A DNA stretch of 64,000 nt from Minisyncoccia bacterium (GTDB lineage: Bacteria; Patescibacteriota; Minisyncoccia; Phycocordibacterales; JAKFXT01), in contig JBGPJO010000001.1 in NCBI GenBank assembly GCA_041485465.1, positions 29,017-93,016 on the forward strand. Direction: 5' to 3'. Under the pieces are notes generated by a model that saw only the letters and a list, made by a program, of their open reading frames with translations, did no database searches and had not been told where the DNA came from. Below are positions 19,936 to 29,843 of this stretch, piece by piece (the stretch's first letter is position 1; each line of letters starts with the position of its first letter). Both the position numbers and the translations under genes were made by a program.

Positions 19936-20625
19936 TCAATTAAGATCATAACTACCGGCAAAGTTTGCTTCAACCACATAGCGATCTTCTTTCGTTCCAA
20001 AGCTGTTGCAGGTCGAAAGAATAAGCTCGTGATCGTTTGAGAAAGTGACACGTACTTCATCCGCCCGAGCGAGTCTCACTGAAAGTACGGTATAGCGATA
20101 CCCTCTCGTCTTTGAGAGGAGGTCTATTTCGTCTCCAAGTCCGAGTTCTTTTAAACCGTTAAAGATTTTAAAGTTCTGGTTGTGAATGACGGGAAGCGCT
20201 GAACTATGCCCGAAAATGAGGACGTTCCGGTCGCTCTCGAGATTCCCCGAACCCGGATAACGAACTGCACCACCAAGGAGCGCGCTGTTTAGGGTTGAGA
20301 CATCTTCACTTAGCGGGTTAAGAACCGCCGCATCAAGTCCAACTTTCGGAATAACAATTCTCACAGGATCAGCCGATTCCGCTTTTAAAGTCTTACCGGA
20401 GGGAGCTTTATTGTCAATTAAAACGGAAACGTCGGGGGACGAAACCTTGGTAGACGTATCATGGATAAAAATTGAAAAAAAAGCGTTATTGAGCTCCTCA
20501 GCCCCGATAGGAGAAAATCCCAAGGAAACACTCGCAATAAAAAGAATCGCAAAAATAATAAGCGACCACTTCAGAAGTTTCCGCTGTTTTTCTTTCCTTT
20601 CTTCTTGATTTTCTATATATACCAT
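19936..20625 (-). CDS. Sortase-family transpeptidase
   Basis: N-terminal TM; RIVIPKVG, NVLIFGHSS (His), LILSTC (Cys), EDRYVV (Arg) catalytic triad. Confidence 0.9.
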   Translation of the reverse strand: MVYIENQEERKEKQRKLLKWSLIIFAILFIASVSLGFSPIGAEELNNAFFSIFIHDTSTKVSSPDVSVLIDNKAPSGKTLKAESADPVRIVIPKVGLDAAVLNPLSEDVSTLNSALLGGAVRYPGSGNLESDRNVLIFGHSSALPVIHNQNFKIFNGLKELGLGDEIDLLSKTRGYRYTVLSVRLARADEVRVTFSNDHELILSTCNSFGTKEDRYVVEANFAGSYDLN

Positions 20626-20802
20626 GGCTTTTTTACAGATTCTTGGGCTTTAAAAAGCAAAAACTTGAAAACAGTTTGATGATATTAATCATAAAATTAT
20701 AGAAAAGTCAAGACTGGCAAAGGATTGTTTCGTATCTTAAAGTTTGTTTTTGGGGTGGTAGGTTGACAAAATTTTTAAAGTGTGATAAAAACCACTCGAC
20801 AC

Positions 20803-21876
20803 ATGAATACTGATACCCCTACAAAAAAAACTTCCGACCGGAATTCGCAAAAACTTCAGAACTTCACAATAAAAGCCCTTGCTATCGTCGGTTTTTTGTC
20901 GATTCTTGCCATGGGAAGTTTTGCTACCATATCCGCCGCTTTATATACGGGGAGGGCTTTCTCTTATCTTGCCTCAGCCGCAGTTAGCCTTTCTTCCGTC
21001 TTCCTCCCCTCACATCAAAACACCAACACAATCCGTCTCACGGCCGATCTGACAGAGGTTCATACAGGCGACACTGTTACTCTCTCTTGGCAAAATCAAG
21101 GAACAAATAATTCAGGTTCCTATACTTTCAGCTATCCCTGTCTTCCCGGTTTTTATTTCAAGGTGACGACTGTCGCCCGGGGAACGGAAGTCGCGTATTG
21201 CAATACAGAATTTAATTTCATTAATACCGATAATACTCTTAAAATTATTCCCATCTCGACAAAAAGCCGTTACGTCGATATGCCGGCGACTATCACGTTT
21301 ACTGAAAGTGGCAGGACGAGCCCGAGCGGCTCCGGAAGCGTCATCCTTACCACTTCAAACTCCGCTCTCGACACATCAGAAAATACCGTTATCCCCTCCT
21401 CAAATGAGACCGGGGCAGTGCATATAGCGAAAACGGAAGGGCAGGAGCAGCGTCATAGCTATACTCCCCCGGGAAGTGGGGAGGGCGGAGTTGCTGATAA
21501 TCCAAACGGCACTGCTGATCTCAAAGTGAGCGTCATTGGAGTCGGTACTATCGATAAAGTAACTGGAGCCTTCAGCGCAACAAGCACCCTGAAGAGAAGC
21601 GACCGGATCGGAGTGCGTTTCGCGGTTGAAAATCTCGGCACCAAATCATCCGGGCAGTGGCGCTTTAACGCGATACTTCCTACCTATCCCCCCTTTACTT
21701 TCAACTCCGATGCCGAGCCATCGCTTTTGCCCGGAGATAGAATTGAGTTTACGATTGGTTTTGATCAATCAGTTGAAGGTAATCAACCGGTCAAGTTTGT
21801 TATTGATCCTCAAAATGAGGTCCGAGAAATGACGAAGGATAATAACACGACGGCGATTACCATTACCATCGGTTAA
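20803..21876 (+). CDS. Membrane-anchored protein with C-terminal CARDB-like Ig domain
   Basis: N-terminal TM; ADLKVSVI...VENLGTK...IDPQNEVREMTKDNN CARDB-type ending. Confidence 0.75.
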   Translation: MNTDTPTKKTSDRNSQKLQNFTIKALAIVGFLSILAMGSFATISAALYTGRAFSYLASAAVSLSSVFLPSHQNTNTIRLTADLTEVHTGDTVTLSWQNQGTNNSGSYTFSYPCLPGFYFKVTTVARGTEVAYCNTEFNFINTDNTLKIIPISTKSRYVDMPATITFTESGRTSPSGSGSVILTTSNSALDTSENTVIPSSNETGAVHIAKTEGQEQRHSYTPPGSGEGGVADNPNGTADLKVSVIGVGTIDKVTGAFSATSTLKRSDRIGVRFAVENLGTKSSGQWRFNAILPTYPPFTFNSDAEPSLLPGDRIEFTIGFDQSVEGNQPVKFVIDPQNEVREMTKDNNTTAITITIG

Positions 21877-21892
21877 GCTCTTGGAACTAAGT

Positions 21893-21936
21893 AACAGAGA
21901 ACGCCAGAACATACGTATGTTCCGGCGTTCTCTGTT
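21893..21936. terminator. Bidirectional terminator (near-perfect 44-bp palindrome)
   Basis: AACAGAGAACGCCAGAACATAC/GTATGTTCCGGCGTTCTCTGTT between convergent genes. Confidence 0.8.
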
Positions 21937-21944
21937 TTATAATT

Positions 21945-24011
21945 TTAAATATCGAGGTTAGCGTATTGCGCGTTTGATTGGATAAAGGCCTTTCTGCTCG
22001 GCACATCAGTACCCATCAAAATATCGAAAACCTTATCAGCCTCCTGAGCATCTTCAATCCTCACCTGTTTAAGAACCCTTTTTTCCGGATCCATCGTCGT
22101 CTCCCATAACTCCTCCGGGTTCATTTCTCCCAAACCTTTATAGCGTTGAATGGAGATTTTAACAGCTTTTTTCGGCTTTTCTTCCTCTTCTTGTTTTTCG
22201 GTGTTTTCTTCCCCTGCTTCCGCCTCCTCTATTTCAGAAGTGAAATCTTTATCTTTATCTTTCCCCAAAATTTGATTACGTTCTTTGTCGCTGTAAGCAT
22301 AGGTAATTTCTTTGCCGCGCTTTATTTTATAAAGCGGTGGTTGGGCAATATAGATAAATCCGCCTTCAATAAGCTGTCTAAAATGACGGTAAAAAAGGGT
22401 GAGTAAAAGCGTCCTGATGTGAGCGCCATCAACATCGGCATCGGTTGCAATAATGATTTTGTGGTAGCGTAAGCGTTCAATATCAAATGTGTCCCCAATT
22501 AAAGTACCAAGCGCCAAGACAAGTGCCTTAATTTCGGTCGAAGCAAGCATCTTATCAAGCCGTGCCCGTTCGACATTCAAGATTTTCCCCCGAAGCGGAA
22601 GGATAGCTTGAGTCCGCCTGTCGCGTCCTTGTTTTGATGAGCCGCCGGCAGAATCCCCTTCAACAATAAAAAGTTCGGACTCTGAAGCATCTTTACTCTG
22701 ACAATCGGCAAGTTTTCCGGGGAGGGTCAACCCTTCAAGCGCGCCCTTCCTCAAAACGCTATCCTTCGCCGCTTTCGCCGCTTTCCTGGCCCGAAGGGCC
22801 AGGAAAGCTTTACCGATAATTGCCCGAGCGTCATCCGGATTTTCTTCAAGAAACGTGTTGAATGCTTCGCCGAAGACAGATTCAACGGCGCTTCGCGCTT
22901 CAACGCTTCCCAGTTTCGCTTTTGTCTGTCCTTCAAACTGAATCTCACGGAGTTTTACCGAAATAACCGCCGTAAGACCTTCAAGCACGTCATCCCCGGT
23001 AAACGTGTCCTCGCTTTCCTTAACCAAATTGTTTTTCTTGGCGTATGAATTAAGGGTGCGAGTGAGTGCAGTTTTAAAACCGGTGACATGCGTTCCCCCC
23101 TCCGCTGTGTAGGTATTATTCGCATAGGGAACGACGCGAGCGGTTATATCGTCGACATACTGGAGCGCCACCTCGACGTTGACACCTTCGGCCTCTTTCT
23201 CGACATAGAAAACACTCTTGTGAACTGGTTTTTGAAATTCGTTATAAAAAAGAATGAGCGAGCGAAGTCCTCCCTCAAAATAAAACGTCATGGACGGCAC
23301 TTCGAGATGAAGCTCTCTCAGATAAAAGACCCCTTCGGGATCAAATCGTTCATCAGATTCGCGCAGATCAAGGAGGCTAATCCGTAATCCCTTCACCAAG
23401 TACGCCTGCCCGCGCAAATGGGAGATAATTTTATTCCAATCATATTTGATTTCTTCGAAAATTTCTTCGTCAGCTTCAAATGTGGCGATTGTGCCGTGAA
23501 GCTTTGACGAACCTGTTTTTTTAACACTAGCTTTCTTTTTGCCGCGACTGTATTCCTGTACGTAGATTCCACCGTCGCGGTGAACTTCAACTTTCATCCA
23601 TGAAGAAAGCGCATTAACAACGGATGCGCCGACGCCATGAAGACCGCCTGAAACTTTGTATCCCTGGCCGCCGAATTTGCCACCGGCGTGCAGTGTCGTC
23701 ATGATCGTCTCAAGTGCTGAAACTTTCGTCTGTTTATGAACATCAACCGGAATACCGCGGCCGTTGTCGGCGATCCGAATGCGAGTACCGGGAAGAAGCG
23801 CCACTTCGATATCATCAGCAAAGCCACCCATCGCTTCATCGCGCGAGTTATCGAAGACCTCCCAAATAAGATGGTGCAGTCCATCAAGACCAGTCGTTCC
23901 GATGTACATACCCGGGCGTTTTCTGACCGGTTCGAGGCCTTCAAGTACCGTGATGTCTGCGGCGCTATAGGAGTTCTTTTTTTCTTCTTTTTTGTCCTTA
24001 TTTGAAGCCAT
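21945..24011 (-). CDS. gyrB: DNA gyrase subunit B
   Basis: EPVRKRPGMYIG, LHAGGKF, GLHGVG, VEGDSAGG, PLRGKILN, TDADVDG, QRYKGLGEM. Confidence 0.95.
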   Translation of the reverse strand: MASNKDKKEEKKNSYSAADITVLEGLEPVRKRPGMYIGTTGLDGLHHLIWEVFDNSRDEAMGGFADDIEVALLPGTRIRIADNGRGIPVDVHKQTKVSALETIMTTLHAGGKFGGQGYKVSGGLHGVGASVVNALSSWMKVEVHRDGGIYVQEYSRGKKKASVKKTGSSKLHGTIATFEADEEIFEEIKYDWNKIISHLRGQAYLVKGLRISLLDLRESDERFDPEGVFYLRELHLEVPSMTFYFEGGLRSLILFYNEFQKPVHKSVFYVEKEAEGVNVEVALQYVDDITARVVPYANNTYTAEGGTHVTGFKTALTRTLNSYAKKNNLVKESEDTFTGDDVLEGLTAVISVKLREIQFEGQTKAKLGSVEARSAVESVFGEAFNTFLEENPDDARAIIGKAFLALRARKAAKAAKDSVLRKGALEGLTLPGKLADCQSKDASESELFIVEGDSAGGSSKQGRDRRTQAILPLRGKILNVERARLDKMLASTEIKALVLALGTLIGDTFDIERLRYHKIIIATDADVDGAHIRTLLLTLFYRHFRQLIEGGFIYIAQPPLYKIKRGKEITYAYSDKERNQILGKDKDKDFTSEIEEAEAGEENTEKQEEEEKPKKAVKISIQRYKGLGEMNPEELWETTMDPEKRVLKQVRIEDAQEADKVFDILMGTDVPSRKAFIQSNAQYANLDI

Positions 24012-24104
24012 TTTTTAACACAAAAATAATAAGGATGGAAATCCTTATAACAACTTTATTTTACCAAAAAACGGCCTAAAATAAAAGCCCTTTGCTATAC
24101 ACAA

Positions 24105-26489
24105 CTAGCGTACTTGCCAGCCATTTTTATGGTTCAAATTTTCCGTAATGAGAGCCATAATTTCATTCACTTCAGCGTCAGAAAGTGTTTTATCGTGAGA
24201 TTGAAAAACGAGGCGAAATGCATAAGAAATTTTTCTTTCTTTTTTGAACTGATCGAAAAGCATGGTGTGAACAAGAAGTTTCCCTGCCTGTTTTTCAATC
24301 GCCGTAAGAACATCCCCCGAGGAAATAGTTTCCGGAACAAATACCGCTATGTCGCGTAATAGATATGGATATGGTGAAAGCGAAGTATATTTTTTTTGTA
24401 TAGAAGGTTTTAAAGAATCATATGCACTAACTTCCGGTAAATTCTTGATTATCTCTTCAAGGTCGCACTCGGCAACAGAGACATCAATATCTCCTGGTTT
24501 AATTTCTTTTTTGCTGCCGAGATAATCCAGTAGTTTTTGGAATTCTTCCGCGAGTCTCTCTTTTGTCTCGAGAGTGGCTTTTTCTTTTGATTTCACTCTA
24601 TTGATTCCAAAAGCAATTGAGATTAGGGGCTCTTCCGTATCCAAACTCTTAAAAATTTCTCCTATTTCAAAAATTTTAACCTCACCGGTATCATAGAGAT
24701 CAAGTAATGGTGCATACCATGTATTTTTCTGAAGACTCTCTTTGAGGCCGTCCGTGAGATTTTTTCTTAAATATTTTTTATCAGAAGCAAGCGGATTCTC
24801 AATCTCGAGAGTTCCACTGTTTCGCATTGCATACGTATAGACTTCGGAAAATCCTCTCTCCTGAAAAAAGTGCTTGATTTTATTTATATAAAAGAAGTTT
24901 TTATCAATCTTGAGTAAGGTCTCCTTTTTTTGAGAAGCTGAAGTAATTTTTTCGAGGCCGTATATTCTCCCAATTTCTTCTATAAGATCGGCGCTTCCTT
25001 CAAGATCAAGCCTCTCAAAAGGAGCCGTAACCACAAATCGCCGTTCATCATCCTGAAGAATCCGGCGATAGCTGACAACCTCCTTAAAATCAGGGCTCTC
25101 CGAAAGTGCCTCTTCTAAGACTTTTCCACGGCTTTCTTTCCCTGAGGCATGAATGACATTCCCTTGCCCCAGATAGATGCCGACGTGGCTCACCCCGGGC
25201 TCAAAATTTTTACCCTTCATAAAATAAAGTGTTTTGGTGTGCACCGTACCATTGCCGCGCGAGAACACCAGATCTCCTGCCTTAAGGTCAGCTTCCTGTA
25301 TTTCCTCTCCATAAAAAAGCTGGTCGATTGAAATCCGCGGAATTGAGATTCCGGCTTGGGCAAATAGGTACGCAGTAAAGCTTGAGCAATCGAAAGCTCT
25401 TGGCGCGTCGTAGGAAATGCTTGCGCCATAAGAATATGCGCTGCCCACTAATGATTTCCCGAGAGAAAGTACTTTTTCATAGGGCGCTATTACCTCGTAA
25501 GGCAGATGAAGCCTTTTTAAAATCTTCTCGACATCCTTCTTTGTAAGGCTCTCGCCAAGGAGCGAGTTGATTTCCTTAAGAGAAACCCCCGTTTTGTAAG
25601 GATTTCGTGGGCGCGGGTAATAATCAGTGTAGCCTTCAAGATTCCCTCCGGCAATTTCGAGTATAAGTTTTACAACGGCGGGAAGCACAAAACGGGGAAG
25701 CTCGGGAGCAATACCGTTTTCAAAACGAACCGACGCATCAGTACGCAATCGAAGAAATTTTGAGGTAAGACGAATACTTTTGGCGTCAAAATTGGCTGCC
25801 TCAAGAATAATGTTTTTGGTATTCTCGGTTATTTCCGCTTCTTTACCTCCTTTAATTCCACCCATACCAAGAATTTTTTGAACATCTTTATCCTCGGTAA
25901 CAAGAATGGTTTCTTTCGGTAAATCATAGATTTTGTCATCAAGTGTTTCAAGAGTTTCCCCCGCGCCACTTTCCCGAACAGAAATTTTTACTGTGCCCTC
26001 CTTAGTACTTAATTTATCAAAATCAAAAACATGAAGCGGTTGCCCCAAATCGAACATCGCGTAGTTCGTTATGTCCACAATGTTATTGATCGATTTTTGG
26101 CCAAGTGCTTCAAGGCGTGCTTGTAGCCATTGAGGAGATGGACCGATTTTGACGTTTTTTATAAGAGCAGTACTAAACCGCGTAACTTTTTTCGTCTTTA
26201 CGGAAACCAAAACGGATGTGGTTTTTGGCTTAAGCCCGTTTTCTTTTTCAAAGGGATCTTTAGAAAGCGGAATATCAAGAATCGCTGAAATTTCTTTTGC
26301 AATACCATAGTGTGACAGACAATCATGGGCTCTATTAGGAAGTACTTTAACATCGAGCACTTCGTCCTTTCCGGTTTTCTCAATCCCCTCAATTTCAAAG
26401 GCATGCATCGTGAGCGCTTCGGCAATTTTTTCGCCTGACGGCAGGGAGTCTTTAAAATATGTTTGGAGCCATTCCCGTGAAATTTTCAT
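24105..26489 (-). CDS. pheT: Phenylalanine--tRNA ligase beta subunit with an inserted NlpC/P60 domain
   Basis: PNRAHDCLSHYGIAKE, B3/4 (NNIVDITNY, GQPLHVFD), B5 DLIEEIGRIYG, C-terminal FDX-ACB; aa ~334-481 carry FDCSS/SHVGIY/IHAS. Confidence 0.95.
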   Translation of the reverse strand: MKISREWLQTYFKDSLPSGEKIAEALTMHAFEIEGIEKTGKDEVLDVKVLPNRAHDCLSHYGIAKEISAILDIPLSKDPFEKENGLKPKTTSVLVSVKTKKVTRFSTALIKNVKIGPSPQWLQARLEALGQKSINNIVDITNYAMFDLGQPLHVFDFDKLSTKEGTVKISVRESGAGETLETLDDKIYDLPKETILVTEDKDVQKILGMGGIKGGKEAEITENTKNIILEAANFDAKSIRLTSKFLRLRTDASVRFENGIAPELPRFVLPAVVKLILEIAGGNLEGYTDYYPRPRNPYKTGVSLKEINSLLGESLTKKDVEKILKRLHLPYEVIAPYEKVLSLGKSLVGSAYSYGASISYDAPRAFDCSSFTAYLFAQAGISIPRISIDQLFYGEEIQEADLKAGDLVFSRGNGTVHTKTLYFMKGKNFEPGVSHVGIYLGQGNVIHASGKESRGKVLEEALSESPDFKEVVSYRRILQDDERRFVVTAPFERLDLEGSADLIEEIGRIYGLEKITSASQKKETLLKIDKNFFYINKIKHFFQERGFSEVYTYAMRNSGTLEIENPLASDKKYLRKNLTDGLKESLQKNTWYAPLLDLYDTGEVKIFEIGEIFKSLDTEEPLISIAFGINRVKSKEKATLETKERLAEEFQKLLDYLGSKKEIKPGDIDVSVAECDLEEIIKNLPEVSAYDSLKPSIQKKYTSLSPYPYLLRDIAVFVPETISSGDVLTAIEKQAGKLLVHTMLFDQFKKERKISYAFRLVFQSHDKTLSDAEVNEIMALITENLNHKNGWQVR

Positions 26490-26490
26490 A

Positions 26491-27255
26491 TTAGAATTGG
26501 TTCACCAGGCGAAGATCCCCCGTATAAAGAAGGCGGACATCGTCAATTCCGTATTTCATCATGGCAAGACGATCAATCCCCGCCCCAAAAGCAAATCCCT
26601 GCCATTCCCTCGGGTGAATACCAACAGCTTCAAGCACTTTGTGATGCACCATGCCTGCCCCCATAAATTCAATAAAACCCGTTCCTTTGCAGGTAGCACA
26701 ACCCACACCATTGCAGCGAATGCAGGTCATATCAACCTCAACCGATGGTTCGGTAAAAGGAAAGTATGAGGGACGAAGCCGGGCTTTTAATTCTCTTCCA
26801 AAAAATTCCGAAAAGAATTTTTCAAGTATTCCCTTCATTGTGGCAAGTGAGATATCTTTGCCTATCATCAACCCTTCAAGCTGATAAAATTGCGCTTCAT
26901 GAGTAGCATCTGTCGCTTCGTGTCGATAGACTTTTCCGGGCGCGATGATCGCAAAGGGCGGTGTATGCTTTTCCATATAACGGATCTGGACCGGCGAAGT
27001 ATGGGTTCGGAGTAATTTCCTAGCATTTTGTGGTTTAAGCCAAAAGGTGTCCCACATATCGCGGGACGGATGCCACTGAGGGATGTTGAGCGCGTCGAAA
27101 TTATAGTATTCGGTTTCAATTTCCGGCCCCTCGACAAAAGAAAAACCCATCTTTGAAAAGATAAGGTTTATTTCTTCAATCATCTGGCTGATCGGATGCA
27201 GATGTCCTTTTAATTTCGGCGCCGATTCCTTCATGCCTTTCATGGTGCTCATCAA
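26491..27255 (-). CDS. pheS: Phenylalanine--tRNA ligase alpha subunit, N-terminally short
   Basis: GHLHP, HPSRDMWDTF, LRTHTSPVQ, YFPFTEPS, FAFGAGIDRL; 254 aa. Confidence 0.97.
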   Translation of the reverse strand: MMSTMKGMKESAPKLKGHLHPISQMIEEINLIFSKMGFSFVEGPEIETEYYNFDALNIPQWHPSRDMWDTFWLKPQNARKLLRTHTSPVQIRYMEKHTPPFAIIAPGKVYRHEATDATHEAQFYQLEGLMIGKDISLATMKGILEKFFSEFFGRELKARLRPSYFPFTEPSVEVDMTCIRCNGVGCATCKGTGFIEFMGAGMVHHKVLEAVGIHPREWQGFAFGAGIDRLAMMKYGIDDVRLLYTGDLRLVNQF

Positions 27256-27372
27256 CTATAACAGCATATGTAGATGATGTAAAAATCACGGAGTTTTTTG
27301 CCTTGATTGAAAAAAAGCCAAGGAATGCATATACTGTCTCTGTTTCGTTTACGATTTAATTCACAATCCGTA

Positions 27373-28608
27373 ATGATTGAAGTGGGAACAATAGTCGCCC
27401 ATATACTTCTTTTTATCTCGCTGTACTTCGAGATTTTTTTGCTTCTGACTTTTCTTGAAGGAAAACATGAAATGAAAAAATCTCCGAGAGAATCTTCCTA
27501 TGCTCCAAGCGTGACAGTCATTGTCCCTTGTTTTAATGAAACAAAAACGCTCACAAAGACCGTCAACTCTCTTCTTTCATTAGACTATCCTAAAGATAAG
27601 CTTTCTATTTTTATAGTGGATGACGGATCAACTGACGACACCTGGTCGGTAATGCAGAAGTTCAAAGAAAACCAGTCAATCTCACTCTTCCAAAAAGAGA
27701 ACGGCGGTAAATTTACCGCCCTTAATCTTGGCATCTCTCAGGCAAAATCAGAGATAGTGGGATGTCTTGACGCTGACTCGTTTGTCGACCGAAAAGCTTT
27801 GCGACGAATAATCGAGAGATTTGAGAATCCTGAAATCTCCGCGGTCACTCCGGCTATTAAAGTAAGTTCTCCGAAAAATATCATTGAACGCATCCAATCC
27901 GCCGAATATGCTTTTAGTGCTTTTATTCGAAAAACCTTTTCGTATCTCGGCGCCATATACATTGCTCCCGGACCGTTTTCTTTTTTTAGAAGAGAGATTT
28001 TTGAAAAAATCGGACCGTACCGGCACGCCCACAATACTGAAGATCTTGAGATGGCACTTCGTCTCCAAACAAAACGTTTGAAAATAGATAACGCCCACGA
28101 TGCGTATGTCTATACGATCGCTCCGAAAACGCCCCGAGCTCTTTATAAACAGCGTGTCCGTTGGATCCACGGTTTTCTTGAAAATGCCCGCGATTACCGT
28201 TTCCTTTTTTTTCGACCGGGGTATGGCAATTTGAGTATGTTTGTCCTTCCCACGGCGACTCTTTCAATATTCACCGCTCTGTACTTTACCGCCTACAGTA
28301 TATGGAATGCGGCTGTATTTATAGGCAATAAAATTATTGAGTTTTCGGCTGTCGGTCTGAACCTTGCCATACAGCCCATCCAATTCGATTGGTTTTTCTT
28401 CAAGACCGAATCCATTTTCATTTTAAGTTCAATTCTAATTGTCCTGACAATAATTCTCATCGTAACGGGTAAATATATTCTCGACCGACGTGTTGGTTTT
28501 TCCCGGGACATACTCTATTTTGTTCTTTTTTACAGTTTTCTTGCGCCCTTTTGGCTTGCCCGATCAGTCTATAATACCGCTCTTTCGAAAAAAACTTCGT
28601 GGCGATAA
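27373..28608 (+). CDS. Processive GT2 glycosyltransferase (PgaC/IcaA/cellulose-synthase-like)
   Basis: DDGSTD, DADS, TED and QRVRW motifs with N- and C-terminal TM helices; start chosen at ATG 27373. Confidence 0.88.
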   Translation: MIEVGTIVAHILLFISLYFEIFLLLTFLEGKHEMKKSPRESSYAPSVTVIVPCFNETKTLTKTVNSLLSLDYPKDKLSIFIVDDGSTDDTWSVMQKFKENQSISLFQKENGGKFTALNLGISQAKSEIVGCLDADSFVDRKALRRIIERFENPEISAVTPAIKVSSPKNIIERIQSAEYAFSAFIRKTFSYLGAIYIAPGPFSFFRREIFEKIGPYRHAHNTEDLEMALRLQTKRLKIDNAHDAYVYTIAPKTPRALYKQRVRWIHGFLENARDYRFLFFRPGYGNLSMFVLPTATLSIFTALYFTAYSIWNAAVFIGNKIIEFSAVGLNLAIQPIQFDWFFFKTESIFILSSILIVLTIILIVTGKYILDRRVGFSRDILYFVLFYSFLAPFWLARSVYNTALSKKTSWR

Positions 28609-28617
28609 TCAAGGCCT

Positions 28618-29313
28618 ATGGGGAAATTTGACTGGAAAAAATACCTTATTGTTTTTTTAATCACCGCCCTTATATTCAGTACCGCAATTTACCTGAGTAA
28701 CCTTGCAAGCGAAAAACGGCTTGATGAAATAAAATCGATTGAGGATAAAATTGCCATTGACATCCTCTCTTCGGAAACCCAGTTTAATCTTCTTGCGGAG
28801 AGTTCATGTGAAGATCTTAATAATCCGGGCTTATCCGCTGATCTCAATTCTCTCGCGGAAAAACTTTCCTTTGAAGAGGACAAGCTTGGAAGCGATAATC
28901 AGGAAGTGATCGGACTCAAGCGCTATTATTCGGTGCTTGAAATCAAAGACTATCTGTTGGTGAAAAAAATTAGCGAAAAATGCCACGTCAAACCGCTAAC
29001 GGTCCTCTATTTCTATTCAAACGCAGGGGACTGCAGTGAATGCGAACGGATGGGTTATATTCTCACCTACTTAAGAGATGAGTATCCTGAGCTTCGGGTC
29101 TATTCCTTTGATTACAATCTCGACCTCTCAACACTCAAAACCCTGCTTTCCGTTTTCAAACTTGAGCGCAAGCTTCCCGCTGTTGTCGTAAACAGCACCC
29201 CATACTATGGCTTCAAAAGCATTGAGGAATTCGAAAAAATTATGCCTGAATTAAAAACACTTAAGAATCAAGCGGCCAGTTCTTCAACGACCACATCAAC
29301 AAAAAGTAAATAG
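28618..29313 (+). CDS. Membrane-anchored protein with thioredoxin-like CxxC domain
   Basis: N-terminal TM; VLYFYS...CSEC...LPAVVVN. Confidence 0.7.
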   Translation: MGKFDWKKYLIVFLITALIFSTAIYLSNLASEKRLDEIKSIEDKIAIDILSSETQFNLLAESSCEDLNNPGLSADLNSLAEKLSFEEDKLGSDNQEVIGLKRYYSVLEIKDYLLVKKISEKCHVKPLTVLYFYSNAGDCSECERMGYILTYLRDEYPELRVYSFDYNLDLSTLKTLLSVFKLERKLPAVVVNSTPYYGFKSIEEFEKIMPELKTLKNQAASSSTTTSTKSK

Positions 29314-29338
29314 AAATGGGGGCGATTCAGACACTTTT

Positions 29339-29414
29339 TGGAGCCAGCAGAGGGGATCGAACCCACGACCTACGGTTTACAAAACCGTTGCTCTACCAAC
29401 TGAGCTATGCTGGC
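29339..29414 (-). tRNA. tRNA-Thr(TGT), CCA encoded
   Basis: GCCAGCATAGCTCAGTTGGTAGAGCAACGGTTTTGTAAACCGTAGGTCGTGGGTTCGATCCCCTCTGCTGGCTCCA folds as a cloverleaf with anticodon TGT. Confidence 0.98.
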
Positions 29415-29452
29415 AATTTCCCTAAACTCCTAGAGTCTAGCAGAAGACCGAG

Positions 29453-29839
29453 TTAGTTTGAAGAATCTTTATTTTCTTCTTTAAAGGACGGGATACTTTT
29501 TAAAAATTCGGAATTGGTACCACCGCCATTACCGTTTCCGTCTGGAGTATCTTTTCCTTTAACCATTGAGCCGATTTTCGTCTGCCCTATCACTCGAGCG
29601 ATAAAAGAAAAACCCGCTTTAAGCTCCAAAAGAAAAAACTGCCCGAGAAGTCGGAGTGTCGGCCAGGTGACATAGCGGCGATACGACAGAAAAAGTTCTA
29701 TTTTTTTCTGAAATGCTGTATCTATCTTATACCGGGAAGCAGAAAATGCTTTTATGCCGTGGTTTAATTCGAATATCTTGAAACCAAGAAGAAGGACGAT
29801 CCCCCCAAGCGATGTGAAAAAAATAATTAGAACAGCCAT
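29453..29839 (-). CDS. Hypothetical membrane protein
   Basis: N-terminal hydrophobic helix MAVLIIFFTSLGGIVLLLG; follows tsf. Confidence 0.7.
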   Translation of the reverse strand: MAVLIIFFTSLGGIVLLLGFKIFELNHGIKAFSASRYKIDTAFQKKIELFLSYRRYVTWPTLRLLGQFFLLELKAGFSFIARVIGQTKIGSMVKGKDTPDGNGNGGGTNSEFLKSIPSFKEENKDSSN

Positions 29840-29843
29840 AGAA

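Noticed and set aside
29339-29414. tRNA-Thr as the integration site of an island
   Set aside because: No duplicated tRNA 3' end or integrase nearby. The flanking genes look resident, and its acceptor sequence does not match the array repeat.
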